DNA from: a candidate division WOR-3 bacterium
Lineage (GTDB): Bacteria > Hydrothermota > Tepidihabitantia > Tepidihabitantales > Tepidihabitantaceae
Assembly (NCBI GenBank): GCA_024653355.1
Contig: JANLFQ010000003.1
Coordinates: 74,944-138,943 of the forward strand
Direction: 5' to 3'
DNA length: 64,000 nucleotides
Shown: one piece after another, positions 29,975 through 37,469 of the stretch
How the letters are laid out: each line of letters opens with the position of its first letter
How positions within the stretch are numbered: position 1 is the first letter of the stretch
Program-made: the position numbers and the translations under genes
The notes under the pieces: generated by a model
The model's input: only the letters and a program-made list of their open reading frames with translations
What the model was told of the DNA's origin: nothing
Database searches by the model: none

Positions 29975-30756
29975 AGGTACATCTCAGGACGGCGGTCTAA
30001 AATAATATCGTTGCGGGCAGTGACATTTTTGTTGAGAGCCTGACCGGGGTTTATTTCGACTATTTTTAAAGCTTCCTTATCGGCACTGGCACGGTATAAC
30101 AGGGTGCCGTCGGGTGCGACAATCTGACTTTGACCCGTAAATTGCATCTTTTTGGCGCCGAGTTGTTCTACACCGATTCGGTTGGCAAGGAGCCAGAACA
30201 TCCGATTTTCTTGAGCGCGAGTTACGGTCATTGTCTGGGCGTAGTTGAGGATAAGATTTGCCGGATGACACACAATCTGGGCACCGCGCAGGGCAAGGGT
30301 GCGGGCGCTTTCCGGAAAGAAGTAGTCAAAACAGACCAGCATACCGATTCGCACACTACCAAGATTGAACACCGGGAAAGGAAGGTCACCAGGGTCAAAG
30401 AGGTCTTTCTCGTCCGCAAAGAGGTGAACCTTACGATATATGTGGACATTGCCGCTCTCGGTAACAAGCAGTGCTGAGTTGTAGATTTTGCTACCCGCGG
30501 CTTCAGCAATTCCCAGGACGATGTTGATGCTGTGTTGCAAACAGAAGTTGATGATTTTGTTACAGGAGGGGCCATTCGGTACTGGTTCGGCAAACCGGGC
30601 GAGCTGCTCGCGGCTGGAAAAGAGATAGCCAGTTAGACAAAGTTCGGGCAGCACAATGAGGTCTGCCTTGATGCGGCTGAGACGGTGGAAAATTCGTGCC
30701 AAATTCGTTTCGACCAACAAATGCTCAGGGGAAAATTGGTAGATTCCAACGCGCAT
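29971..30756 (-). CDS. Carbon-nitrogen hydrolase (nitrilase superfamily)
   Basis: E-K-C triad context including ...GMLVCFDYFFPE... Confidence 0.8.
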   Translation of the reverse strand: MRVGIYQFSPEHLLVETNLARIFHRLSRIKADLIVLPELCLTGYLFSSREQLARFAEPVPNGPSCNKIINFCLQHSINIVLGIAEAAGSKIYNSALLVTESGNVHIYRKVHLFADEKDLFDPGDLPFPVFNLGSVRIGMLVCFDYFFPESARTLALRGAQIVCHPANLILNYAQTMTVTRAQENRMFWLLANRIGVEQLGAKKMQFTGQSQIVAPDGTLLYRASADKEALKIVEINPGQALNKNVTARNDIILDRRPEMYL

Positions 30757-30917
30757 CAGATTATTTAGTGCTACAATAAGAGAGTACTTTTTTCCTTTGC
30801 CCTGTCAAGAAACCCTTGCCCTGGTAGTAGTTTTATAAAATAATCCAATCAATTTATAACTGTTAATATTACAGAAAGATAGGCAACTGTCGCAGTGAAT
30901 AAAGGGTTGTCGCACAT

Positions 30918-30946
30918 TTGACTGATATTACTATTTTTGCTATAAT
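30918..30946 (+). promoter_or_regulatory. sigma70-type promoter (TTGACT-17-TATAAT) abutting the kinase/EBP start
   Basis: -35 30918-30923, -10 30941-30946, ATG at 30954; direct repeat TGTCGCA at 30888 and 30908 just upstream. Confidence 0.5.
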
Positions 30947-30953
30947 TCACACA

Positions 30954-33900
30954 ATGACGCAGCGGGGAAGTGGTGAAAATTTACAATTTTCTCAACCCGT
31001 TGGTGACCGGTATTACATTGAAGAAATCCTTGGTGGAGGAGAAACTACTGAGGTTTATCGGGTTCGCGACATTGTTACGGGCCGGTACCTCGCGCTGAAA
31101 ACGGTACGTAGCGGGTGTCCTGAAGAAGAAAATGTAAGATTAAGCCGGGAATTTTTTTACCTTTCCCAAATTTCTCATCCCGGTGTGGTGGCGGTTCACG
31201 ACTATGGCAGAATTACGGATGGTCGAGCCTATTTCACAATGGAGTATATCCCCGGAGTGCCGATAACCCGCTATTTTGGTGGTGGTTACGACCCGCGCTT
31301 AAACGATGTCATTGTGCAGATTCTTTTGGCACTGGATGCAATCCACGCCCAGGGAATGATACACTGCGATTTAAAACCCGAGCATATTCTGGTTGTTGAG
31401 GACGAGGGGAAATTCAGCGTCAAACTGCTCGATTTTGGGTTTGCCGAGGATTTTTGTATCGTAGGTCCGAAAAATGGAAAAGGCACACCTGGTTATGTAG
31501 CACCCGAGATACTGAAAGGGGTTGATTCTGATGTGCGGGCTGACCTTTACGCATTAGGGATGGTTATTTACGAGACATTAACGGGTATTGGTCCAGGAAG
31601 AGGGGCGGACCTTCTTGATTGGCTGAGGAAACAGCAACAAGGTGATTTTGCACCCCCTCGTTCCTTCAATTCTGATATCCCGGATAAACTGGACCGACTG
31701 GTGATGAAACTGATTAGCCCGCGTCCGGAGCAGCGACCGGCATCGGCACAAGCGGCCATTGAGGAGTTGATTGGCGAGAACTTGTCTAATGTTGCATTGC
31801 CGGCGTTGCGGCGGGACATAATGGCTTCCGGGTTTGTTGCCCGGGAAGAGATTCTTCAAAAGTTAAAAGAGATTTTGCGATTTGTTGCTGATGGTCAGTC
31901 GAGTGTGGTTTGTATTTCCGGTGACCGGGGTGTGGGTAAGAGCCGGCTGCTTGCTGAGTTCAAATTTTATGCAGAAATGGAGGGAGCATCGGTATTCTCT
32001 TTCGAGCCCGTGTCGCTCAACGCCCGTTCTCAGTCGCTTATCGAGGCGCTGGTTGGGCTCTTGCGTAGCTACGGCCATACCGGAGCACCATTAATTTCGG
32101 TGGATGCGGGCAGGGAGAGTAACTACCGTTTGTTTGAGTGGGTAACTCAACGATTGAAACTGGTGGCAAACTCCCATCGGATAAAACACAGTTTGGTAAT
32201 TATTGTGGATGACTTTGAACTTTTTGACCCGACAAGTCTGGATTTACTCCGTTACCTGGCGTTGGGGGTTGATACGGAACGGGTGATGCTCGTGGTGACC
32301 GGGCTGAAAGAAAAACGCTTTCTGGATACGATTGATGGGATTAAGCACCGTGCTAATTTTCAACACATCGTTATTCCACCTTTTAAACGGGATGAGGTTA
32401 AAGAACTGGTGCTTTCCATATTAGGAAAGGTGCAGGATGTTGAACCTTTGATAGACTGGCTGTTTGAATTTACCGGCGGTAACCCGCTCTGGGTGGTGGA
32501 AACAATTTATGAGTTGATTGAAGATAAAATTTTGGTTAGAGAAATGTCGGGATGGAATCTGGCTAAAGACCGGCTGGCGGCTTTCCGCCCGCCACCATCA
32601 ATTAGTGATACAATCCGCCAGCGCGTTGAATCGTTAACCCCGGAGGAAAAATCGGTCCTGGAGATTGCGGCAGCGGCTGCAGGGCCTTTTACTCTTAAGT
32701 TGGTGCGGGCGGCGCTTAACCTTGAAGAGAAGGTTTTATTTAAGGCGATTAACCGACTCAAGGGGCTTGGTTTTCTCAGGGCGTTCCGTGCCGCATGCCC
32801 GGAAGACAAATTCAGTTTTTCTCCGGGCTGGGTTCTCTCAAGTAAGATTCTCGAAAGCGTAATAGTTGAACGGCTGTCGGTTGAGGAACGGCGTGAGAAC
32901 CATCGTAAAGTGGCGCTGGCTCTGGAGTTGCTTTATCCAGAACGAGTACCGGAGATGGTTTTTGACCTGGCACACCACTGGACACTTGCTGGTGTGCGGG
33001 ACCGGGCTTATGACTACTCACTTCGCGCCGGGGCAAGAGCTAGGGAGTGGTTGCTCTTCGAGCAGGCGCTGGCGTTTTATGAAAACGCACTCAGCCTTTC
33101 AGCCGGTTTGATTACGGCGCGGGAGCGTGTTGGTTTGTTGGAGAAGGTTGGTGAACTGCGGGAACTGACCGGCAGATTTGCTGAGGCGATTGACATATAT
33201 CGTCAGGGTATGGGGCTGGCGGTTGCTGAATCGGAACTTGCCCGGGATAAAAAGTTTCTTGCCCGATTTCTGCGTCGGCTCGGGCTGGTGTATCAAAAAC
33301 AGGGGCTGGTAGCGGATGCGATAAACCTTTTGAATCAATCGCTTCATTTATTATCGGAAGACAGTTTGGAGCGGGCACGGCTTCTTGCCGACCTTGGTTG
33401 GTCCTATTGCGGGTCAGGAGATTTTAGCCATGCGGAGGAGGTTTTGACCACTGCTCTGCAACTGGCAGAAAAATTGAAGTCAACTGTGACCGTTGAAGCC
33501 AATCGGCTGGTGGGTTTGATACTTTACTACTTTGCGGTTCTTGCCTGGGCAAAATACGATTTTGTGCTGGCATTGCAGCTGGCGGAGCGAGCGCTGGATG
33601 TTTTTGAGCGTTTAGAAGAAGAGATAATGAAAGCAACGGTGAGTCAGTTTATAGCAACGCTTTACACTCGCCGGGGAGAAGCGGAAAAGGCAAAGGAGTT
33701 TTATCAGCGGGCTGTTGCGTGCCAGCGCCGGGCGGGTGCGGTTTATTATCTGCTTACATCGTTACAGGGGTTAGGTTTACTGTCTCTTGATGAGGGCGAG
33801 TGGAACCAGGCAGAGCAGTATTTCAAAGAGGCGCTGAAGATCGCGGAGCAAGTAGGCAACCTATCCGACCAAGTTAATCTCTATACGATGCTGGGTGGAG

Positions 33901-36203
33901 TATATGATGTCAAAGGTTTATGGTCTTTAGCACACGATTTTTATGGACGAGCCCGGACAATTGTTGAACAAGATGAAGGTAAGATTGGCTTTCGCACCCG
34001 ATTTGCTCTTCTGTGCAATATCGCTTTGCTACGGGCTAAACAGGGTGAACTTGGAGCGGCAGAAGAGTATATCGCCCAGGCAGCAAAGGTAATTGAAGGG
34101 GTTGACGATTCGTATTTACAATTTAATCTGTTGGTAAACCAGGCTGAGGTTGCTTTACGGGCAGAGCGGTTGGAACGGGCAAAGGGATTCCTTGTCAGAG
34201 CATTCTGGATTGTGGCCAGGGAGCCGGACTGGCGCAAACTGGCAAAACTGTACATCCTTTCAAGCCGGCTCCGTCTTGCTGCCGGTGACAGTCATCGGGC
34301 GCACTATGCGGCAAGCAGGGCGCTAACCTTGCTTCGGGACTATCCATCTTCACTGGAGTTCGCCATCGCCCTACGGTGTTCGGGATTGGCAAAGTGCAAA
34401 CTTGACCAGATGGAAAAGGGGCAGGCGGAGTTGAGACGCAGTATTGAAATCCTTCGGCAGTTAGGTGTTAAGTATGAACTGGCGCTTTCGCTGAGTGCGC
34501 CGGCTAAGAGTTTGACTGGGGAAAGCCGCGTCTCGGGTTTGAAGGTGCCGATTACCAGTCGGCAGGTTTCCCGGGAGGAGTTCAACGAGATAAAGTTGAA
34601 TTTGAAGGAGGCGATTGGGTATTTTCAGGAGTTGGGAGCGAAGCCAGAGGCACAGGAGTGCGAACAACTTCTGGATACGCTGGATCAGGCGTTTGGCGTT
34701 TTGCAGTTAAAGGCGCAGGAGCGGAGTGAGTACCTGAAGGTCTTTTACCAGTTGAGTGAACTTTTAAATCTGGGATTGAGTCGTGAAGACTTCCTTGACC
34801 GGGTACTTGATTTAGTGCTTTCAGTTACCAAGGCAGAGAGGGGATTAATATTTTTTATCCATGGTAACCGGCTAATCCCGGTTGCAGCCCGGGATATTGA
34901 CCATCGGACCCTTGAGGATGCAACCGCGGTTTCGCAAACGGTTTTACGCAAGGTCAAGCGGCGGGGTGAACCTTTAATCAGTGCCGATGCGCTTGCTGAC
35001 CCGAGACTCAACAGTTTTAACAGCGTTCTATTAAACAAAATTCGCTCGCTTCTGTGTGTGCCGCTTATCGTAGAAGGTAAGGTGATTGGTACAATCTACC
35101 TTGACTCCCGAATTACATCCCATCTATTTTTAGAAGAGGACCGAAGTTTGCTGCTGGCGGTGGCGAATCTCCTGGCTGCAACGATTGACCGCTCAACAAC
35201 CTTCCGGGAACTGCAGGAACAGATTTCAGATATTCGTGAAGGCATTTTAGTTGACGCGGCAACCGGTTTATTTCTGGGTAGGTCTAAAGCAATGCGACAG
35301 GTTTATCAGGTTATTGACCGGATTGCACCGACAGATTGCACGGTGTTACTGACCGGTGAGACTGGCACCGGCAAGGGTGTTCTGGCACGGCTGATTCATC
35401 AACGGAGCGGGCGTAAAGACAACAAGTTTGTTGCGGTGAACTGCGGAACTTTGCCCGAGACTTTGTTTGAATCTGAACTGTTCGGTCATGCCCGGGGTAG
35501 TTTTACCGGTGCGGTCAAGGATAAGGTCGGTATTTTTGAAACCGCACATGGGGGAACGATTTTCCTCGACGAGATTACCAACACCACCCTGACAATCCAG
35601 GCGAAACTTCTGCAGGTGCTGGAGGAAAAGGTGATTCGGCGGGTAGGCGAAACCGAACCCCGAATGGTTGATGTCCGTCTGATTTGTGCTACAAATAAAA
35701 ACCTTGCCGAAGAGGTAAAAGCGGGTAGATTTCGAGAAGACCTCTACTATCGGATGAATGTTGTGGCGATAGAGGTGCCGCCGCTCAGGGAAAGGGTCGG
35801 CGACATACCTCACCTTGCCGACTATTTTCTGCACAGTTATGCGACACAGTTGAATAAACCTATACTGGGGTTTGAAGATGATGTGATTGCCGCCTTTACT
35901 CAGTACCACTGGCCCGGTAATGTCCGGGAACTTCAAAATACGATTGAAAGGGCGGTGATAATGACCCAGAACCGCCGAATTTCGCTTGCCGATGTGGGCA
36001 AACCATTCACCGATATGCAGATTACCCCAGAGTTTCCCGGAAATAAGAAACGGACAATTGACAAGGAGCAGGTGGTCAACGCATTAAAAGAAACAAACGG
36101 GAACATCACTCGAGCCGCGGAACGCCTTTCAACCCACAGGCGCCAACTCCAAAGGCTTATAAAACGATACAAAATAGACCTTGACAGCCTGCGGCAGGCG
36201 TAG
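30954..36203 (+). CDS. Multidomain regulator: Ser/Thr protein kinase, STAND/AAA NTPase, TPR repeats, GAF, sigma54-interaction AAA+ domain and Fis-type HTH
   Basis: Kinase motifs (GGGETTEVYRV, ALK, HCDLKPEH, DFGFA, GTPGYVAPE); P-loop GDRGVGKSRLL with Walker B IIVDDFELFD; long TPR region; GAF; EBP motifs GETGTGKG, ESELFGHARGSFTGA, C-terminal HTH; one uninterrupted ORF. Confidence 0.85.
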   Translation: MTQRGSGENLQFSQPVGDRYYIEEILGGGETTEVYRVRDIVTGRYLALKTVRSGCPEEENVRLSREFFYLSQISHPGVVAVHDYGRITDGRAYFTMEYIPGVPITRYFGGGYDPRLNDVIVQILLALDAIHAQGMIHCDLKPEHILVVEDEGKFSVKLLDFGFAEDFCIVGPKNGKGTPGYVAPEILKGVDSDVRADLYALGMVIYETLTGIGPGRGADLLDWLRKQQQGDFAPPRSFNSDIPDKLDRLVMKLISPRPEQRPASAQAAIEELIGENLSNVALPALRRDIMASGFVAREEILQKLKEILRFVADGQSSVVCISGDRGVGKSRLLAEFKFYAEMEGASVFSFEPVSLNARSQSLIEALVGLLRSYGHTGAPLISVDAGRESNYRLFEWVTQRLKLVANSHRIKHSLVIIVDDFELFDPTSLDLLRYLALGVDTERVMLVVTGLKEKRFLDTIDGIKHRANFQHIVIPPFKRDEVKELVLSILGKVQDVEPLIDWLFEFTGGNPLWVVETIYELIEDKILVREMSGWNLAKDRLAAFRPPPSISDTIRQRVESLTPEEKSVLEIAAAAAGPFTLKLVRAALNLEEKVLFKAINRLKGLGFLRAFRAACPEDKFSFSPGWVLSSKILESVIVERLSVEERRENHRKVALALELLYPERVPEMVFDLAHHWTLAGVRDRAYDYSLRAGARAREWLLFEQALAFYENALSLSAGLITARERVGLLEKVGELRELTGRFAEAIDIYRQGMGLAVAESELARDKKFLARFLRRLGLVYQKQGLVADAINLLNQSLHLLSEDSLERARLLADLGWSYCGSGDFSHAEEVLTTALQLAEKLKSTVTVEANRLVGLILYYFAVLAWAKYDFVLALQLAERALDVFERLEEEIMKATVSQFIATLYTRRGEAEKAKEFYQRAVACQRRAGAVYYLLTSLQGLGLLSLDEGEWNQAEQYFKEALKIAEQVGNLSDQVNLYTMLGGVYDVKGLWSLAHDFYGRARTIVEQDEGKIGFRTRFALLCNIALLRAKQGELGAAEEYIAQAAKVIEGVDDSYLQFNLLVNQAEVALRAERLERAKGFLVRAFWIVAREPDWRKLAKLYILSSRLRLAAGDSHRAHYAASRALTLLRDYPSSLEFAIALRCSGLAKCKLDQMEKGQAELRRSIEILRQLGVKYELALSLSAPAKSLTGESRVSGLKVPITSRQVSREEFNEIKLNLKEAIGYFQELGAKPEAQECEQLLDTLDQAFGVLQLKAQERSEYLKVFYQLSELLNLGLSREDFLDRVLDLVLSVTKAERGLIFFIHGNRLIPVAARDIDHRTLEDATAVSQTVLRKVKRRGEPLISADALADPRLNSFNSVLLNKIRSLLCVPLIVEGKVIGTIYLDSRITSHLFLEEDRSLLLAVANLLAATIDRSTTFRELQEQISDIREGILVDAATGLFLGRSKAMRQVYQVIDRIAPTDCTVLLTGETGTGKGVLARLIHQRSGRKDNKFVAVNCGTLPETLFESELFGHARGSFTGAVKDKVGIFETAHGGTIFLDEITNTTLTIQAKLLQVLEEKVIRRVGETEPRMVDVRLICATNKNLAEEVKAGRFREDLYYRMNVVAIEVPPLRERVGDIPHLADYFLHSYATQLNKPILGFEDDVIAAFTQYHWPGNVRELQNTIERAVIMTQNRRISLADVGKPFTDMQITPEFPGNKKRTIDKEQVVNALKETNGNITRAAERLSTHRRQLQRLIKRYKIDLDSLRQA

Positions 36204-36358
36204 CCGTCTTACCCCAATTTCTAAGTTATTATTTTTTGAATAGTTGTAGGGTTGAATTCAAAAGGTGCGACAATTTTGTTTTGTCATTGTTGTGAATAAA
36301 AAGCTGGGTGGATATTATAAGTTACAATTCTGCGATAGTTATAATAAGCATAAAAATG

Positions 36359-36374
36359 TGGCATTGTTATTGCA
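36359..36374 (+). promoter_or_regulatory. sigma54 (RpoN) -24/-12 promoter
   Basis: TGGCAT-N5-TTGCA, with GG and GC 12 nt apart as in the consensus TGGCAC-N5-TTGCA; located ~150 bp downstream of the EBP gene. Confidence 0.65.
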
Positions 36375-36432
36375 ATTATAAAAGTTAGTTTGGATTAATT
36401 AGGTCAGGTTCTTTATATAAAAAGGAGGAAGC

Positions 36433-36489
36433 AATGGACGGCATCGTTCCGATTCTCCCACCCCCGCGGCCTGCGCCACCGGTGAAGTA
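36433..36489 (+). CDS. Small ORF, 18 aa, proline-rich (MDGIVPILPPPRPAPPVK)
   Basis: AAGGAGG 5 nt upstream of the ATG; polyproline stretch; below the ORF-track length cutoff. Confidence 0.35.
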
Positions 36490-36509
36490 GGTGCACAGGC
36501 GTTAAATTG

Positions 36510-36545
36510 TCCTCAGCCCGCAATGCGGGCTGAGGATTTTATTTA
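36510..36545 (+). terminator. Intrinsic terminator
   Basis: 11-bp stem CCTCAGCCCGC / GCGGGCTGAGG, loop AAT, followed by ATTTTATTTAT. Confidence 0.75.
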
Positions 36546-37469
36546 TCGGGATTCGTAAAATGTTTTTCCCCAGAAGGCGACCTTTTTTATCAAACCTTCT
36601 TTGACCATTTTTTCGAGTACCGGCTTTATCTCACGGGCAGGAATTCCGAGGGAACGGCAGAGGTCTTCTTCGGTTACAGGTCTATTCTGCACTACGGCAA
36701 GGACCGCTTTCTGGCTGTTGCCGTGGAATTTTCTCTGTCTCTTTTTAATCGGTGAGAAGGCGATTTCGGCTTCAGGTCCAAAGAGCAGTTTCACCTGGTT
36801 CAGGTCGTCCATTGTTAGGGGCAGGGCGTCTTTTTCTGCTGGCGGCCGCACCACAGTGTTCAGGTGGACCCGGTCCGGCTTTATTTCATAGGCAAGCCGG
36901 CGAAGTTTCATCAGATGTTCAGGAGAGTCGTTAACTCCTTTTACCAGCATAATTTCCAGCCACAACTTTCCTTTATAGTAACGACGAAATGTCTTGAGCC
37001 CCTGAACAATTTTTTCAACCTTTAAGTCTGGATGACACCGGTTAACGCGATGAAATGTTTTCTGGTCTGCGGCATCAAGGCTGGGAACGACCAAGTCCGC
37101 CGGGTACAGGTCGTGGCGGACCTTCGGGTCCAACAAAAGGGTTGAATTGGTGATGACCGCTACCGGGATTTTGAACTCGGCTTTGAGAAGGCGGATGAGT
37201 TTTCCAATGTCTTTGTTTAGGGTGGGTTCGCCTTCGCCGGAAAAGGTGAGATAGTCAATCCGATGTTGAGCAACTGCGGTGCGCACTTCCTTGAGAATTT
37301 CATCTATCGGGTAGAATGAGCGGCGTGCTAAGGTGAGTTTAGTTGTTCTGCCACACTGGCAGTAGATGCAGTTCAGGGTGCAGGTTTTCTTCGGGATAAT
37401 GTTTAATCCCAAAGAAAGCCCGAGACGTCGGGAAGGTACCGGGCCATAAACATAATTTTTGATTATCAT
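36543..37469 (-). CDS. Radical SAM domain protein with C-terminal winged-helix-like region
   Basis: N-terminus YGPVPSRRLGLSLGLNI...CTLNCIYCQCG (CxxxCxxC cluster); C-terminal ~80 aa helical. Confidence 0.8.
   Translation of the reverse strand: MIIKNYVYGPVPSRRLGLSLGLNIIPKKTCTLNCIYCQCGRTTKLTLARRSFYPIDEILKEVRTAVAQHRIDYLTFSGEGEPTLNKDIGKLIRLLKAEFKIPVAVITNSTLLLDPKVRHDLYPADLVVPSLDAADQKTFHRVNRCHPDLKVEKIVQGLKTFRRYYKGKLWLEIMLVKGVNDSPEHLMKLRRLAYEIKPDRVHLNTVVRPPAEKDALPLTMDDLNQVKLLFGPEAEIAFSPIKKRQRKFHGNSQKAVLAVVQNRPVTEEDLCRSLGIPAREIKPVLEKMVKEGLIKKVAFWGKTFYESR

Larger units (their letters stand above)
36386..36545 (+). ncRNA. Candidate sigma54-dependent small transcript (~160 nt), possibly dual-function
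   Basis: Bounded by the sigma54 promoter and an intrinsic terminator; contains an SD plus an 18-codon ORF; no other + strand gene follows for ~6 kb. Confidence 0.4.

Noticed and set aside
36433-37469. RiPP biosynthetic pair (Pro-rich precursor peptide plus radical SAM maturase)
   Set aside because: Genes are convergent rather than co-oriented, the peptide has no recognisable leader/core organisation, and the radical SAM N-terminal motif suggests a non-RiPP family; retained only as a low-probability alternative
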